The position numbers were made by a program, and so were the translations under genes. From the IMG/VR virus record IMGVR_UViG_3300036985_009306, positions 96,001-160,000 of that record: a DNA stretch of 64,000 nt. One strand, 5' to 3'. Source of the DNA: a virus. The notes under the pieces are model-generated. The model did no database searches, was not told where the DNA came from, and was given only the letters and a program-made list of their open reading frames with translations. Positions 49,449 through 56,927 of this stretch are shown one piece after another (position 1 is the first letter of the stretch; each line of letters opens with the position of its first letter).

Positions 49449-50525
49449 ATGTTTACTATGCAGCACAAAGGATTTAATGCTAAAATAATGAGAGCACAAA
49501 GGTTAACTGGATTAGGAACACATGAATTACCTCTGGGTACTCCTATAGAAACACTTCCGGTTGATGAGTTTAAAGAGCCTCTTTCTCATTGGATAAAGGG
49601 TGCAGGAAATTATGTAGTTCCTGTTGACTCTGATTGGGGGTTATGGTTTGACTTTACATTGAACGATCGAATGAATACAGCAGTTCTTTTGTCAATTAAG
49701 GGAATGAATCCTGTGACAGGACAAAGAACGAACGGGTTAGGATTAGAACGATATGAAGAAAAATGTCCAATCCATGATGTTAAGTTTAAGGATGGATTGT
49801 TTTGTGAGAAGTGTAATTATAAGTGGCCTTATCAAAATTATATTTCTCATCCAAATGTCCTTTGGTGGGATGGTTTTAGATCATCTGATGGAAAAGTAAG
49901 ACAATTCTTCTTTACAGAAGATATGGCAAAATCTGTTCCTGAACTTGTTATTGGGAAGGAAGATACTGTTCCTGCATTTGGATTTGCGTTTTTTAGACCT
50001 AAAGTAACAAGAGGTGCTGTTGGTCAGAAAACTAGGTCTGGTATTATTTCAAGTTATAATGAAATTAAGTATTGTAAGTCATCTGCACCAAGTCATAAAT
50101 TTTTAGGTTCAGGTTCAAATTTAGAATCATTAAATGAGCAAAAAACTTCTGACATTAAAAATATTTCAGATAGTATGATGTCATTGTGTTGTGATTCTCT
50201 TTCTGAACTTCCTCAAGTTGCTTGTGCTGTTGCTTGTGCTGCTGCACCAGTTGAATATGTTGAAACTCTTTCTTTTATTCAAGAAAGATGTGTAGAAAAA
50301 AAGTCGAGATCTAAAAATGCTGAAGTAGGTGTTGGAGCAGGAGCAGAGATAAGTCAAAGTTTGCAGATTGATCCTTTGAAAGTAAACGATTGGGAGAATG
50401 AGCCTGCTTCTGTCATGAGATTGTATTTTGTATTTATAGAACAATTTGAAGAAATAAAATCTAAGGGATTAGTCGATTTAATTGGGCAAAAAGAGGGATA
50501 TTTGTCTGGTTTGCCTGTTGGTTAA
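49449..50525 (+). CDS. Conserved hypothetical protein with inserted Zn ribbon
   Basis: WFDF...GMNPVTG...CPIH...CEKC...LWWDGFRSSDGKVRQFFF...GVGAGAEISQ. Confidence 0.6.
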   Translation: MFTMQHKGFNAKIMRAQRLTGLGTHELPLGTPIETLPVDEFKEPLSHWIKGAGNYVVPVDSDWGLWFDFTLNDRMNTAVLLSIKGMNPVTGQRTNGLGLERYEEKCPIHDVKFKDGLFCEKCNYKWPYQNYISHPNVLWWDGFRSSDGKVRQFFFTEDMAKSVPELVIGKEDTVPAFGFAFFRPKVTRGAVGQKTRSGIISSYNEIKYCKSSAPSHKFLGSGSNLESLNEQKTSDIKNISDSMMSLCCDSLSELPQVACAVACAAAPVEYVETLSFIQERCVEKKSRSKNAEVGVGAGAEISQSLQIDPLKVNDWENEPASVMRLYFVFIEQFEEIKSKGLVDLIGQKEGYLSGLPVG

Positions 50526-50560
50526 AAAGATTGTTAATTTTTTTCTAAAAGATATATAAT

Positions 50561-50590
50561 AAGAGACAGAGGCAGATACTTCTGTCTCTT
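50561..50590. terminator. Hairpin after the two-gene operon
   Basis: AAGAGACAGA / TCTGTCTCTT inverted repeat. Confidence 0.5.
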
Positions 50591-50915
50591 ATGTTAAGAA
50601 CTAACAAATGAAAACAAATCTATTTAATTCTAAAAATATAGAAGATAATAATAGAAAATTTTGTAATACATCTTCTTGTAGATTAAATAGTAATAAAAGA
50701 TGTAGAGCACCATCAGAAGTTCATCGAACTTGTAGAAAAAAGACATGAATCAAAGACAAGAGAAAATTAAAATACTTTGTGATCAACTCCGAAAAATTGC
50801 TAATATAAAATATTTGGGGGGAGAATTTTTTTTGTGTTGATGAACCATTGAGAGTTAGTCAAATATTTATGACTCAAGAGTGTTTTGATGAAATAAAACA
50901 ATGGGCGGATAACTG

Positions 50916-51140
50916 ATGATATTAATTTCAAAAGAAATTTCTAAAAATTTTGTATTTGAAATTTCTTTTTTTCATAAGTTGAGAAATTTTAAAGATGGAA
51001 TCTCATTTTTAGAGTTTGATGTAAATTTAGACTTGTATAAAGGAGATCACAATCCTCAATTTGAGATGTGTTTAGTTATATTGAATTTTAAGATTTTTGA
51101 AACTAATATCTATAATATTAATCATGGTGAGATGATATGA
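50916..51140 (+). CDS. Hypothetical protein
   Basis: Operonic small ORF. Confidence 0.45.
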   Translation: MILISKEISKNFVFEISFFHKLRNFKDGISFLEFDVNLDLYKGDHNPQFEMCLVILNFKIFETNIYNINHGEMI

Positions 51141-51352
51141 AAGTTGAAAAAGCTATAGAAGTCATTCATGAATATTGGCCAGATACTAACCAAATTATGT
51201 GGGGCGAGGCTTTAGAGACGCTCATTCAATGTGTGCTTGACAAAGTTGAAATAATTAATGAATTAAGAGTTTTGAAGCATCTAATAGAGACAGAAAGTAA
51301 GACTACAGCATTGCAAATTATTGATGCAATGATTGAAGATGCCCATTCTTAG
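51137..51352 (+). CDS. Hypothetical protein
   Basis: ATGA overlap. Confidence 0.5.
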   Translation: MKVEKAIEVIHEYWPDTNQIMWGEALETLIQCVLDKVEIINELRVLKHLIETESKTTALQIIDAMIEDAHS

Positions 51353-51369
51353 TCCACCGCAAAGACTGC

Positions 51370-51759
51370 ATGTCTAATAGTAGAAGTAATACTAAAAAAG
51401 TTATTATTTTGATGAAAGGTAAAATGAAAGAAGTAAAAATCTCTAAAAAACTTGCTATTAAAACATCTTATTCAGTTAATTCATGTAGTTGTTCTTTATG
51501 TCAGAGAGAAAGAAAGATAGAAAAATTAATAGAGAGAAAAAATTTTAATGAATTAGCAAATTATACAAGAGAACTTTCTCGTTTGCTTGTAAATGCTGAT
51601 ACATATGCTGAACATGTTGTAAATGTGGTAAAAACATACAAAAAGGAGAAAAACCCTTTTCTATTTATGAGATATTGTTTAAAATGTAGTCCTGAGAGTA
51701 GTTCTGAGATTATAATAAAGCAGACTCAATCAAAAATGAGATTTATATCAAAAGGATAA
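51370..51759 (+). CDS. Hypothetical protein
   Basis: CSCSLC motif. Confidence 0.45.
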   Translation: MSNSRSNTKKVIILMKGKMKEVKISKKLAIKTSYSVNSCSCSLCQRERKIEKLIERKNFNELANYTRELSRLLVNADTYAEHVVNVVKTYKKEKNPFLFMRYCLKCSPESSSEIIIKQTQSKMRFISKG

Positions 51760-51762
51760 AGT

Positions 51763-51972
51763 ATGCAAGATATATCTGACGAAATCAAGATTCAATTACT
51801 AAAAAATAGAATTTATGCTGCAATTGAATGTCTAGAAAAAACAACTACTTCATCAGGGCTTTCTAAGGGCTTTTATGATCCTGATGCAAAAGATGCTCTT
51901 CTTATTCTTAAGGGTATGAAAGATTGCGAACTTAATCTTTCTCCAGATCCGAATGACTTCAGATATGTTTAG
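51763..51972 (+). CDS. Hypothetical protein
   Basis: AAAGGA SD. Confidence 0.5.
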   Translation: MQDISDEIKIQLLKNRIYAAIECLEKTTTSSGLSKGFYDPDAKDALLILKGMKDCELNLSPDPNDFRYV

Positions 51973-52168
51973 ACTTGAAACTTATGAGGTACAAAATGAG
52001 CTTAGAACTATCAGGATCAAGCCCAGTTGTTGTTGCTAAAACAGGACTTACAACAAATGGTGTAAATTTGTTTGATGCTCAATGTCCAATTGTTGGAGAC
52101 ACAATTCTTTGTGTTGAGTTGAATGGCAATATCATATAAATCACACGATATCTCGATTAGGAGAATAT

Positions 52169-52624
52169 ATGATACACCTTTATCTTTTGTCAGGAAAAAA
52201 AGTCCAGCAACATTTAACTGTCGATGGTTGGTTAGAATCTCAATCCCATCCAAATTTGTCAGAACCACAACTAACTGGAACTCATTTACAATACTCATTT
52301 TGTTCTCTATGTCATGGTACAGGTGTTGATCCGGTACAAGAAGGCGAATTGACAAGAATATGTAGACGATGTCAAGGAGCAACATATGAAACAGTGAGTG
52401 TGGCTCCACATATTGGCGGCTATAGAGACGTTGCTACCACATTGGATATAATAGGAAAACCCTGGATTGAATGTTTCAAAATTACACCAGAATATAAAAA
52501 TCTACCTGCTGAAATTCAACATCAAGCATTAGATGGATTGAAACAATGGTGTTACGAAGAAGAACAAAGAATAAATGCAGAAGATCCTGTAAAAACAAAT
52601 AATAAAATAAAGTTCATATGTTAA
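52169..52624 (+). CDS. Hypothetical protein with DnaJ-type CxxCxGxG Zn motifs
   Basis: CSLCHGTG...CRRCQGA; AGGAG SD. Confidence 0.55.
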   Translation: MIHLYLLSGKKVQQHLTVDGWLESQSHPNLSEPQLTGTHLQYSFCSLCHGTGVDPVQEGELTRICRRCQGATYETVSVAPHIGGYRDVATTLDIIGKPWIECFKITPEYKNLPAEIQHQALDGLKQWCYEEEQRINAEDPVKTNNKIKFIC

Positions 52625-53177
52625 AAAAATTCTTTTGCAATTAAAAGAATATGTAGACGATGTCAAGGAGCAACAGTGAGAGTACCTATTATGTCAACTT
52701 TAACAAATAGAAATGGTAGACAATATGATTTAAATGATTTAGAACTGTCAACTTTAACAAATAGAAATGGTAGCCAATATGATTTAAATGATTTACAACC
52801 TGGTAGAGTTGAATTCTTAACAAATGGTACACCTTTACAAGTTACTGGTCCTGGTATCTTACAAGTTCCAACTTCCGAGAATGAAATTACAACCGAATTA
52901 AGAGAAAATATGGATGAAATTCATAAAGACATAGAATTTGTGCATGAAAACAACAAAATGAAGTTTATACTGACTGGGCAAACTGGAACTCATTTACAAT
53001 ACGGTGTTGATCCGCCGGGTCCCTCACTTGCTTTTTGCTCAATGTCCCTGATAAGAAGCAGGTACAATTCGGCCTGTGTGGTACAAGAAGGCGGATTGAC
53101 AAGAATATGTAGACGATGTCAAGGAGCAACTTTAACTAAGAAATGGTAGACAATATGATTAAATGATTTACAACCTG
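52274..53177. repeat. Patchwork of dispersed and tandem direct repeats
   Basis: AACTGGAACTCATTTACAATAC at 52274 and 52981; AAGAATATGTAGACGATGTCAAGGAGCAAC x3; 54-bp tandem at 52692/52746 with a third partial copy near 53127. Confidence 0.85.
52691..53149 (+). CDS. Mosaic hypothetical ORF built partly from repeated segments
   Basis: STLTNRNGxQYDLNDL x2; C-terminus copies the preceding gene. Confidence 0.35.
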   Translation: MSTLTNRNGRQYDLNDLELSTLTNRNGSQYDLNDLQPGRVEFLTNGTPLQVTGPGILQVPTSENEITTELRENMDEIHKDIEFVHENNKMKFILTGQTGTHLQYGVDPPGPSLAFCSMSLIRSRYNSACVVQEGGLTRICRRCQGATLTKKW

Positions 53178-53326
53178 ATGGTAAGTTTAGTTCTAGTATT
53201 AGATTTTGGCTGCACAATTCAAATTGACAAACCACTATCTATAGATTACTCCTCAATATAGAAAACAATTACCAAAAACTCAATATTGAATGCTGAAATT
53301 CCTCTTAAAAAATAAATAAAAAAATA

Positions 53327-53357
53327 ATGTACATTTTAAAAAATAAATGATATATTA
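53327..53357 (+). promoter_or_regulatory. Putative promoter of tRNA array 1
   Basis: TGTACATTT...TATATTA with the same spacing as the copy at 63557. Confidence 0.6.
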
Positions 53358-53381
53358 ATGATATACAATAGGAAAAGGACT

Positions 53382-53519
53382 ATGAGACTTCACCTAACTT
53401 CATCAAAAAAGATATTATGGCAGCAACTGCCTGATATGGGTGTCAATAATAACTCCCATAAAACACTGTCATGTTTGTCGAGTCTCTATTTTAAAGTGAG
53501 ACAAGAAGGTGAAGCTTAA
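53382..53519 (+). CDS. Putative attenuator leader peptide (45 aa) MRLHLTSSKKILWQQLPDMGVNNNSHKTLSCLSSLYFKVRQEGEA
   Basis: GGAAAAGGA SD; the last codons and stop overlap the antiterminator strand; codons match the downstream tRNAs. Confidence 0.7.
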   Translation: MRLHLTSSKKILWQQLPDMGVNNNSHKTLSCLSSLYFKVRQEGEA

Positions 53520-53587
53520 AGTTTAAAAAGAAAATATTTTTAAAAAGGCTCACCTTCAAAAAAAAGAAGATGAGCCTTTTTGATTTT
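53388..53587 (+). promoter_or_regulatory. Transcription attenuator 1 (1:2, 2:3 and 3:4 helices)
   Basis: CTTCACCT(53388)/AGGTGAAG(53507); GAAGGTGA(53505)/TCACCTTC(53550); terminator AAAAAGGCTCACCTTC-A8-GAAGATGAGCCTTTTT. Confidence 0.75.
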
Positions 53588-53599
53588 AGAGATATACTC

Positions 53600-53673
53600 G
53601 CCTCAATAACTCAAATGCTTAGAGTACTTGTTTCTTAAACAAGGAGTTGAAGGTTGAAATCCTTCTTGAGGCA
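53600..53673 (+). tRNA. tRNA-Lys(CTT)
   Basis: GCCTCAA/TTGAGGC acceptor; CTTGT-TTCTTAA-ACAAG. Confidence 0.8.
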
Positions 53674-53690
53674 AAATAAAGGAGAAACAA

Positions 53691-53763
53691 GCCGCTTTAG
53701 CTCAGTTGGTAGAGCAATGGACTGAAAATCCATGTGTCACCCGTTCAATTCGGGTAGGCGGCA
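53691..53763 (+). tRNA. tRNA-Phe(GAA)
   Basis: Canonical cloverleaf; ATGGA-CTGAAAA-TCCAT. Confidence 0.92.
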
Positions 53764-54027
53764 TTTTGACTAGAGAAAAATATGTTTGAATGTGAAACAA
53801 TTTTGAAACAATTGACAAAAAATCCAGATACAGAAATAATTCATAATCATCAACAATGTAATTCATATATAGAAAAGATGTTGACTGAACGAGAATTAAA
53901 ACGTAGATGATCTCGAAGGTGACGAGTTAACTATAAATTTTCGTACATATAAACCATAGGATGAAATTTTGAATAACAAGAAAGGGACCCGAAATGAACG
54001 ACAAAGATGGCAAATCTGACAAACTAA

Positions 54028-54116
54028 GGGTCCGTCACTTAGAGGCCGATAGTACCAAATTTTTAATTTGGAGAGTGACAAAAACTCCATCGCAGGTTCG
54101 AATCCTGCCGGGCCCA
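54028..54116 (+). tRNA. Atypical tRNA, anticodon TTT (Lys), with a long variable arm
   Basis: GGGTCCG/CGGGCCC; CCAAA-TTTTTAA-TTTGG; GAGT-GACAAAA-ACTC extra arm; GCAGG-TTCGAAT-CCTGC. Confidence 0.7.
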
Positions 54117-54136
54117 TTTTAAAAGAGAAAATAATT

Positions 54137-54430
54137 ATGTTTAAAAAATACACTAAAGAAAATTTATCAACAATGGACAATGGTTTCTATATAATGAAAT
54201 CAGATCCTAATTCTGAAACAGTGGCCAAAAATCCTAATGATGAAATTGTTGAACTAATAAATGGTCAAATAATCAATGACATCAAACTTGACATAAGCAA
54301 TGTAAATTATGAATTAATACAATTAAAAGGAGACTTTAAAAAACTTCCACATAATGGTGGAGGACCAATCAAGTTTGAATTAAATGGAAAAATAGTTGAT
54401 ATTGACAATATAAAAAGTTCTTTGAAATAA
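54137..54430 (+). CDS. Hypothetical protein within the tRNA array
   Basis: ATG 54137 directly after the tRNA. Confidence 0.5.
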   Translation: MFKKYTKENLSTMDNGFYIMKSDPNSETVAKNPNDEIVELINGQIINDIKLDISNVNYELIQLKGDFKKLPHNGGGPIKFELNGKIVDIDNIKSSLK

Positions 54431-54432
54431 AT

Positions 54433-54505
54433 AGACCCATAGCTCGTTGGTTCAGAGGCCTTCTTTACAAGTAGAATGTCGGGAGTTCGACTCTCTCTGG
54501 GTCTA
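54433..54505 (+). tRNA. tRNA-Val(TAC), imperfect anticodon stem
   Basis: AGACCCA/TGGGTCT; TTTACAA loop; GGGAG-TTCGACT-CTCTC. Confidence 0.6.
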
Positions 54506-54512
54506 AATTTAT

Positions 54513-54585
54513 ACGGACATAGCTCAATGGCTAGAGCAATGGTCTCCAAAACCATAGGCTGTGGGTTCAAGTCCTACTGTCCGCG
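54513..54585 (+). tRNA. tRNA-Trp(CCA)
   Basis: ATGGT-CTCCAAA-ACCAT; G73. Confidence 0.88.
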
Positions 54586-54593
54586 AAAATTAT

Positions 54594-54605
54594 GTTCTTT
54601 GACAT
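54594..54605 (+). promoter_or_regulatory. boxA-like antitermination site
   Basis: GTTCTTTGACAT just after tRNA-Trp. Confidence 0.5.
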
Positions 54606-54634
54606 ACTTGGTTATTTAGCAAGTTTCTTAATTC

Positions 54635-54726
54635 GGAGATTTGTCCGAGTCTGGCTTAAGGAGCCGCACTGCTAATGCGGTGAAGTTGTTATACAACTTC
54701 CAGTGGTTCAAATCCACTAATCTCCG
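54635..54726 (+). tRNA. tRNA-Ser(GCT)
   Basis: CCGCA-CTGCTAA-TGCGG; long variable arm; G73. Confidence 0.9.
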
Positions 54727-54742
54727 CTTTTTAAAGAGTTAT

Positions 54743-54828
54743 GCCCAAATGGTGGAACGCTAGACACGCTGCGCTTAGAACGCAGTATCCGAAAGGGTGT
54801 GGGAGTTGAAATCTCTCTTTGGGCACCA
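54743..54828 (+). tRNA. tRNA-Leu(TAG)
   Basis: CTGCG-CTTAGAA-CGCAG; variable arm; encoded CCA. Confidence 0.9.
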
Positions 54829-54844
54829 AAAATTAGGAATAAAC

Positions 54845-55597
54845 ATGACAAAAGAACAAATGTATCAAGACCTTTTGTCTGTTGATACATCAAAACTTGG
54901 TTGGATTTCTAAACTTTCAAAAAAATGGCATATGTCACATACATGTGCAACTAAGAAAGTGTGTAAATATTTTCCAGAAATTATTGAAAATAGTTATAAA
55001 AGAAAGTCAAAAAAGAAATATTGTCCCAAATGTAATTCTTATTTTCATAAATCATTTTTTAATAAACATAAATGCAAAAACTATTTAGAAAAATATAGGA
55101 GAAGCAGAAGAAAACTTCATACAAGAAGATCATTAATCGTTGATAAAGACATTCTTGAAAAATCTGTGAGTAAAGCTGAATCATTTAATCAAGTAATAAT
55201 AGATTTAAAACAACAAAATATTTCTATATCATTTAAAAGACTTTTCAAACTGATAAAATTTTATGAACTTTCTACTAAACATTTTCTTGGAAAAAGTTCG
55301 TTAAAAGCAAGAAAAAAACTTGAAAAAGAAGAATTTATTTTAGAATGTTTAACAAACAATTCAAAACATGCAGCTTATAATATAAAATCTAAGATTTTGC
55401 ATTTTGAAATTTTAGAATATATTTGTAATAGCTGTGGACAAAATTCTGAATGGAATAATAAAAAACTTGTATTACATTTACATCATAAAAATGGTAATGA
55501 CAATGACAATAGATTAGATAATCTAGAATTTCTTTGTCCTAATTGTCATTCACAAACAGAAACATATTGTAGGTCGAAATCAAAAAAATTGAAATAA
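54845..55597 (+). CDS. HNH homing endonuclease within the tRNA array
   Basis: CNSCG...LHLHHKNGNDNDNRLDNLEFLCPNCHSQT. Confidence 0.88.
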   Translation: MTKEQMYQDLLSVDTSKLGWISKLSKKWHMSHTCATKKVCKYFPEIIENSYKRKSKKKYCPKCNSYFHKSFFNKHKCKNYLEKYRRSRRKLHTRRSLIVDKDILEKSVSKAESFNQVIIDLKQQNISISFKRLFKLIKFYELSTKHFLGKSSLKARKKLEKEEFILECLTNNSKHAAYNIKSKILHFEILEYICNSCGQNSEWNNKKLVLHLHHKNGNDNDNRLDNLEFLCPNCHSQTETYCRSKSKKLK

Positions 55598-55610
55598 ATA
55601 CTAAATTATT

Positions 55611-55684
55611 GGCCGAGTGATGGAAACGGAATACATGCGATATTCAAAATATCGATTTTAAGAGTTCAAATCTCTTCTCGGCTA
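55611..55684 (+). tRNA. tRNA-Leu(CAA) lacking the long variable arm
   Basis: GGCCGAG/CTCGGCT; CGATA-TTCAAAA-TATCG; 5-nt variable loop. Confidence 0.75.
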
Positions 55685-55688
55685 TTAA

Positions 55689-55773
55689 GCCCAAGTGGTG
55701 CAATTGGTACCCACAACGGTCTTAAGAACCGTCGAAAGAAATTTCATTGCCAGTTCAAATCTGGCCTTGGGCA
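55689..55773 (+). tRNA. tRNA-Leu(TAA)
   Basis: ACGGT-CTTAAGA-ACCGT; variable arm. Confidence 0.85.
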
Positions 55774-55774
55774 A

Positions 55775-55786
55775 GTTCTTTGAAAA
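55775..55786 (+). promoter_or_regulatory. boxA-like antitermination site
   Basis: GTTCTTTGAAAA, matching the rrn boxA form seen in Bacillus and many other bacteria. Confidence 0.55.
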
Positions 55787-55788
55787 TT

Positions 55789-55932
55789 AAGTTGTATCCT
55801 TTAACACTTAATGCTTACATTAAATTTTGTGGTTCGACTCCACATTCCCCCAATTATGGGGGAATAGCCAAATGGTAAAGGCAATAGACTATAGATCTAT
55901 CAAAAACAGCATTATCAACTTGGATACAACTT
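55789..55932 (+). ncRNA. Circularly permuted tRNA-like RNA (T arm and acceptor 3' strand precede the acceptor 5' strand, D arm and anticodon arm; anticodon ATA)
   Basis: TGTGG-TTCGACT-CCACA-TTCCCCC-AATTAT-GGGGGAA-TAGCC...GGC-A-ATAGA-CTATAGA-TCTAT enclosed by TAATGCT/AGCATTA and AAGTTGTATCC/GGATACAACTT. Confidence 0.75.
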
Positions 55933-55939
55933 ATTTTAC

Positions 55940-56012
55940 ACTAATGTAGCTCAATTGGTAGAGTAATGGGATCATACCCCAGAGGTTAAGAGTTCGAATC
56001 TCTTCATTAGTA
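55940..56012 (+). tRNA. tRNA-Met(CAT) with initiator-like three G-C anticodon-stem pairs
   Basis: ACTAATG/CATTAGT; GGG-ATCATAC-CCC. Confidence 0.75.
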
Positions 56013-56230
56013 TTTTAAATTACAAGATTTAGATATATAAACAATCTGAGGAGGATTGTTTATGGATAATCTTGAATTAAGAAGGAATGGTAAATTTACA
56101 TGTTTAGATTGTCAGAATAACAAATCTGAGTTGTGTAAGACATGTAAGAATTGGGACCAATTCGATTTAAATGAAGAAGTCTCAAAATTGCTGTATGAAG
56201 AAAAGAGTTTAAAGAGAGATAAAAAATAAC

Positions 56231-56317
56231 GGTGGGATGGCAGAGTCTGGTTTATCGCACCTCGCTTGAGACGAGGATCTCCGAAAGGGGACGCAAGTTC
56301 GAATCTTGCTCTCACCG
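56231..56317 (+). tRNA. tRNA-Ser(TGA)
   Basis: CCTCG-CTTGAGA-CGAGG; variable arm; G73. Confidence 0.9.
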
Positions 56318-56398
56318 CTTAAAATTATGTTAAAAAAATATTTTTGTTCTATTTGTAATTGGGATTTAACAAATTCTGGTATGAGATATTCAAATTAA

Positions 56399-56493
56399 GG
56401 AAGAGTGTCCGAGTTGATCTAAGGAGCTAGTCTCGAAAACTAGTGAAGGATGAAATAAAGCCTCCGCAGGTTTAAATCCTGTCTCTTCCGCCA
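56399..56493 (+). tRNA. tRNA-Ser(CGA)
   Basis: CTAGT-CTCGAAA-ACTAG; variable arm; G73 CCA. Confidence 0.88.
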
Positions 56494-56500
56494 TTATGAT

Positions 56501-56572
56501 GATCCTGTAGCCAAATGGTAAGGTGCTGGTCTGCAAAACCAGAATAGGTCGGTCCGATTCCGCCCAGGATCT
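56501..56572 (+). tRNA. tRNA-Cys(GCA)
   Basis: CTGGT-CTGCAAA-ACCAG; U73. Confidence 0.88.
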
Positions 56573-56593
56573 TAAAATTAAAAGGGATTAACT

Positions 56594-56824
56594 ATGGAAG
56601 ACAAAGATTATGTTTTGACAATCAGGGTACCTTTCAAAGCAGCTGACGATATAGATGCTAGAGAGTATGCTAAGTCTATATTTTCTATAGATTCTCCTAA
56701 TGGAGTGAACTTAAAATTGCAGGAGATTTTTGTAAATAAAGCACCAAGAGGAGTGAATTTTTTGTCCGATTATGAGATTGCAGGATTGTTAAATACAGAC
56801 AAAGGAAAGAAAACAAGCATGTGA
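56594..56824 (+). CDS. Hypothetical protein
   Basis: AAGGGA SD; 76 aa. Confidence 0.55.
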   Translation: MEDKDYVLTIRVPFKAADDIDAREYAKSIFSIDSPNGVNLKLQEIFVNKAPRGVNFLSDYEIAGLLNTDKGKKTSM

Positions 56825-56927
56825 TAATATTGTTGTTAAAAACAACGTGTCTGCTTGGATGAAGAAGTTTTGGATATTGAATGTGTATATGAGAGAGGAT
56901 TAGACACTTTCTAATGGGAGGCATACT

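Noticed and set aside
52274-53177. Diversity-generating retroelement TR/VR pair
   Set aside because: No reverse transcriptase in the window and differences are indels, not adenine-specific substitutions
53380-53590. T-box riboswitch upstream of the tRNA array
   Set aside because: No T-box consensus (GGTGGnACCGCG) or specifier-stem motifs; a translated leader explains the layout better
54433-54505. Reading this tRNA as an ochre suppressor (anticodon TTA)
   Set aside because: That register gives C37 and no anticodon stem; the TAC (Val) register fits better
55789-55932. Two-piece permuted tmRNA
   Set aside because: Has a true D stem and anticodon arm, no G3-U70 alanine determinant and no tag ORF or pseudoknot region
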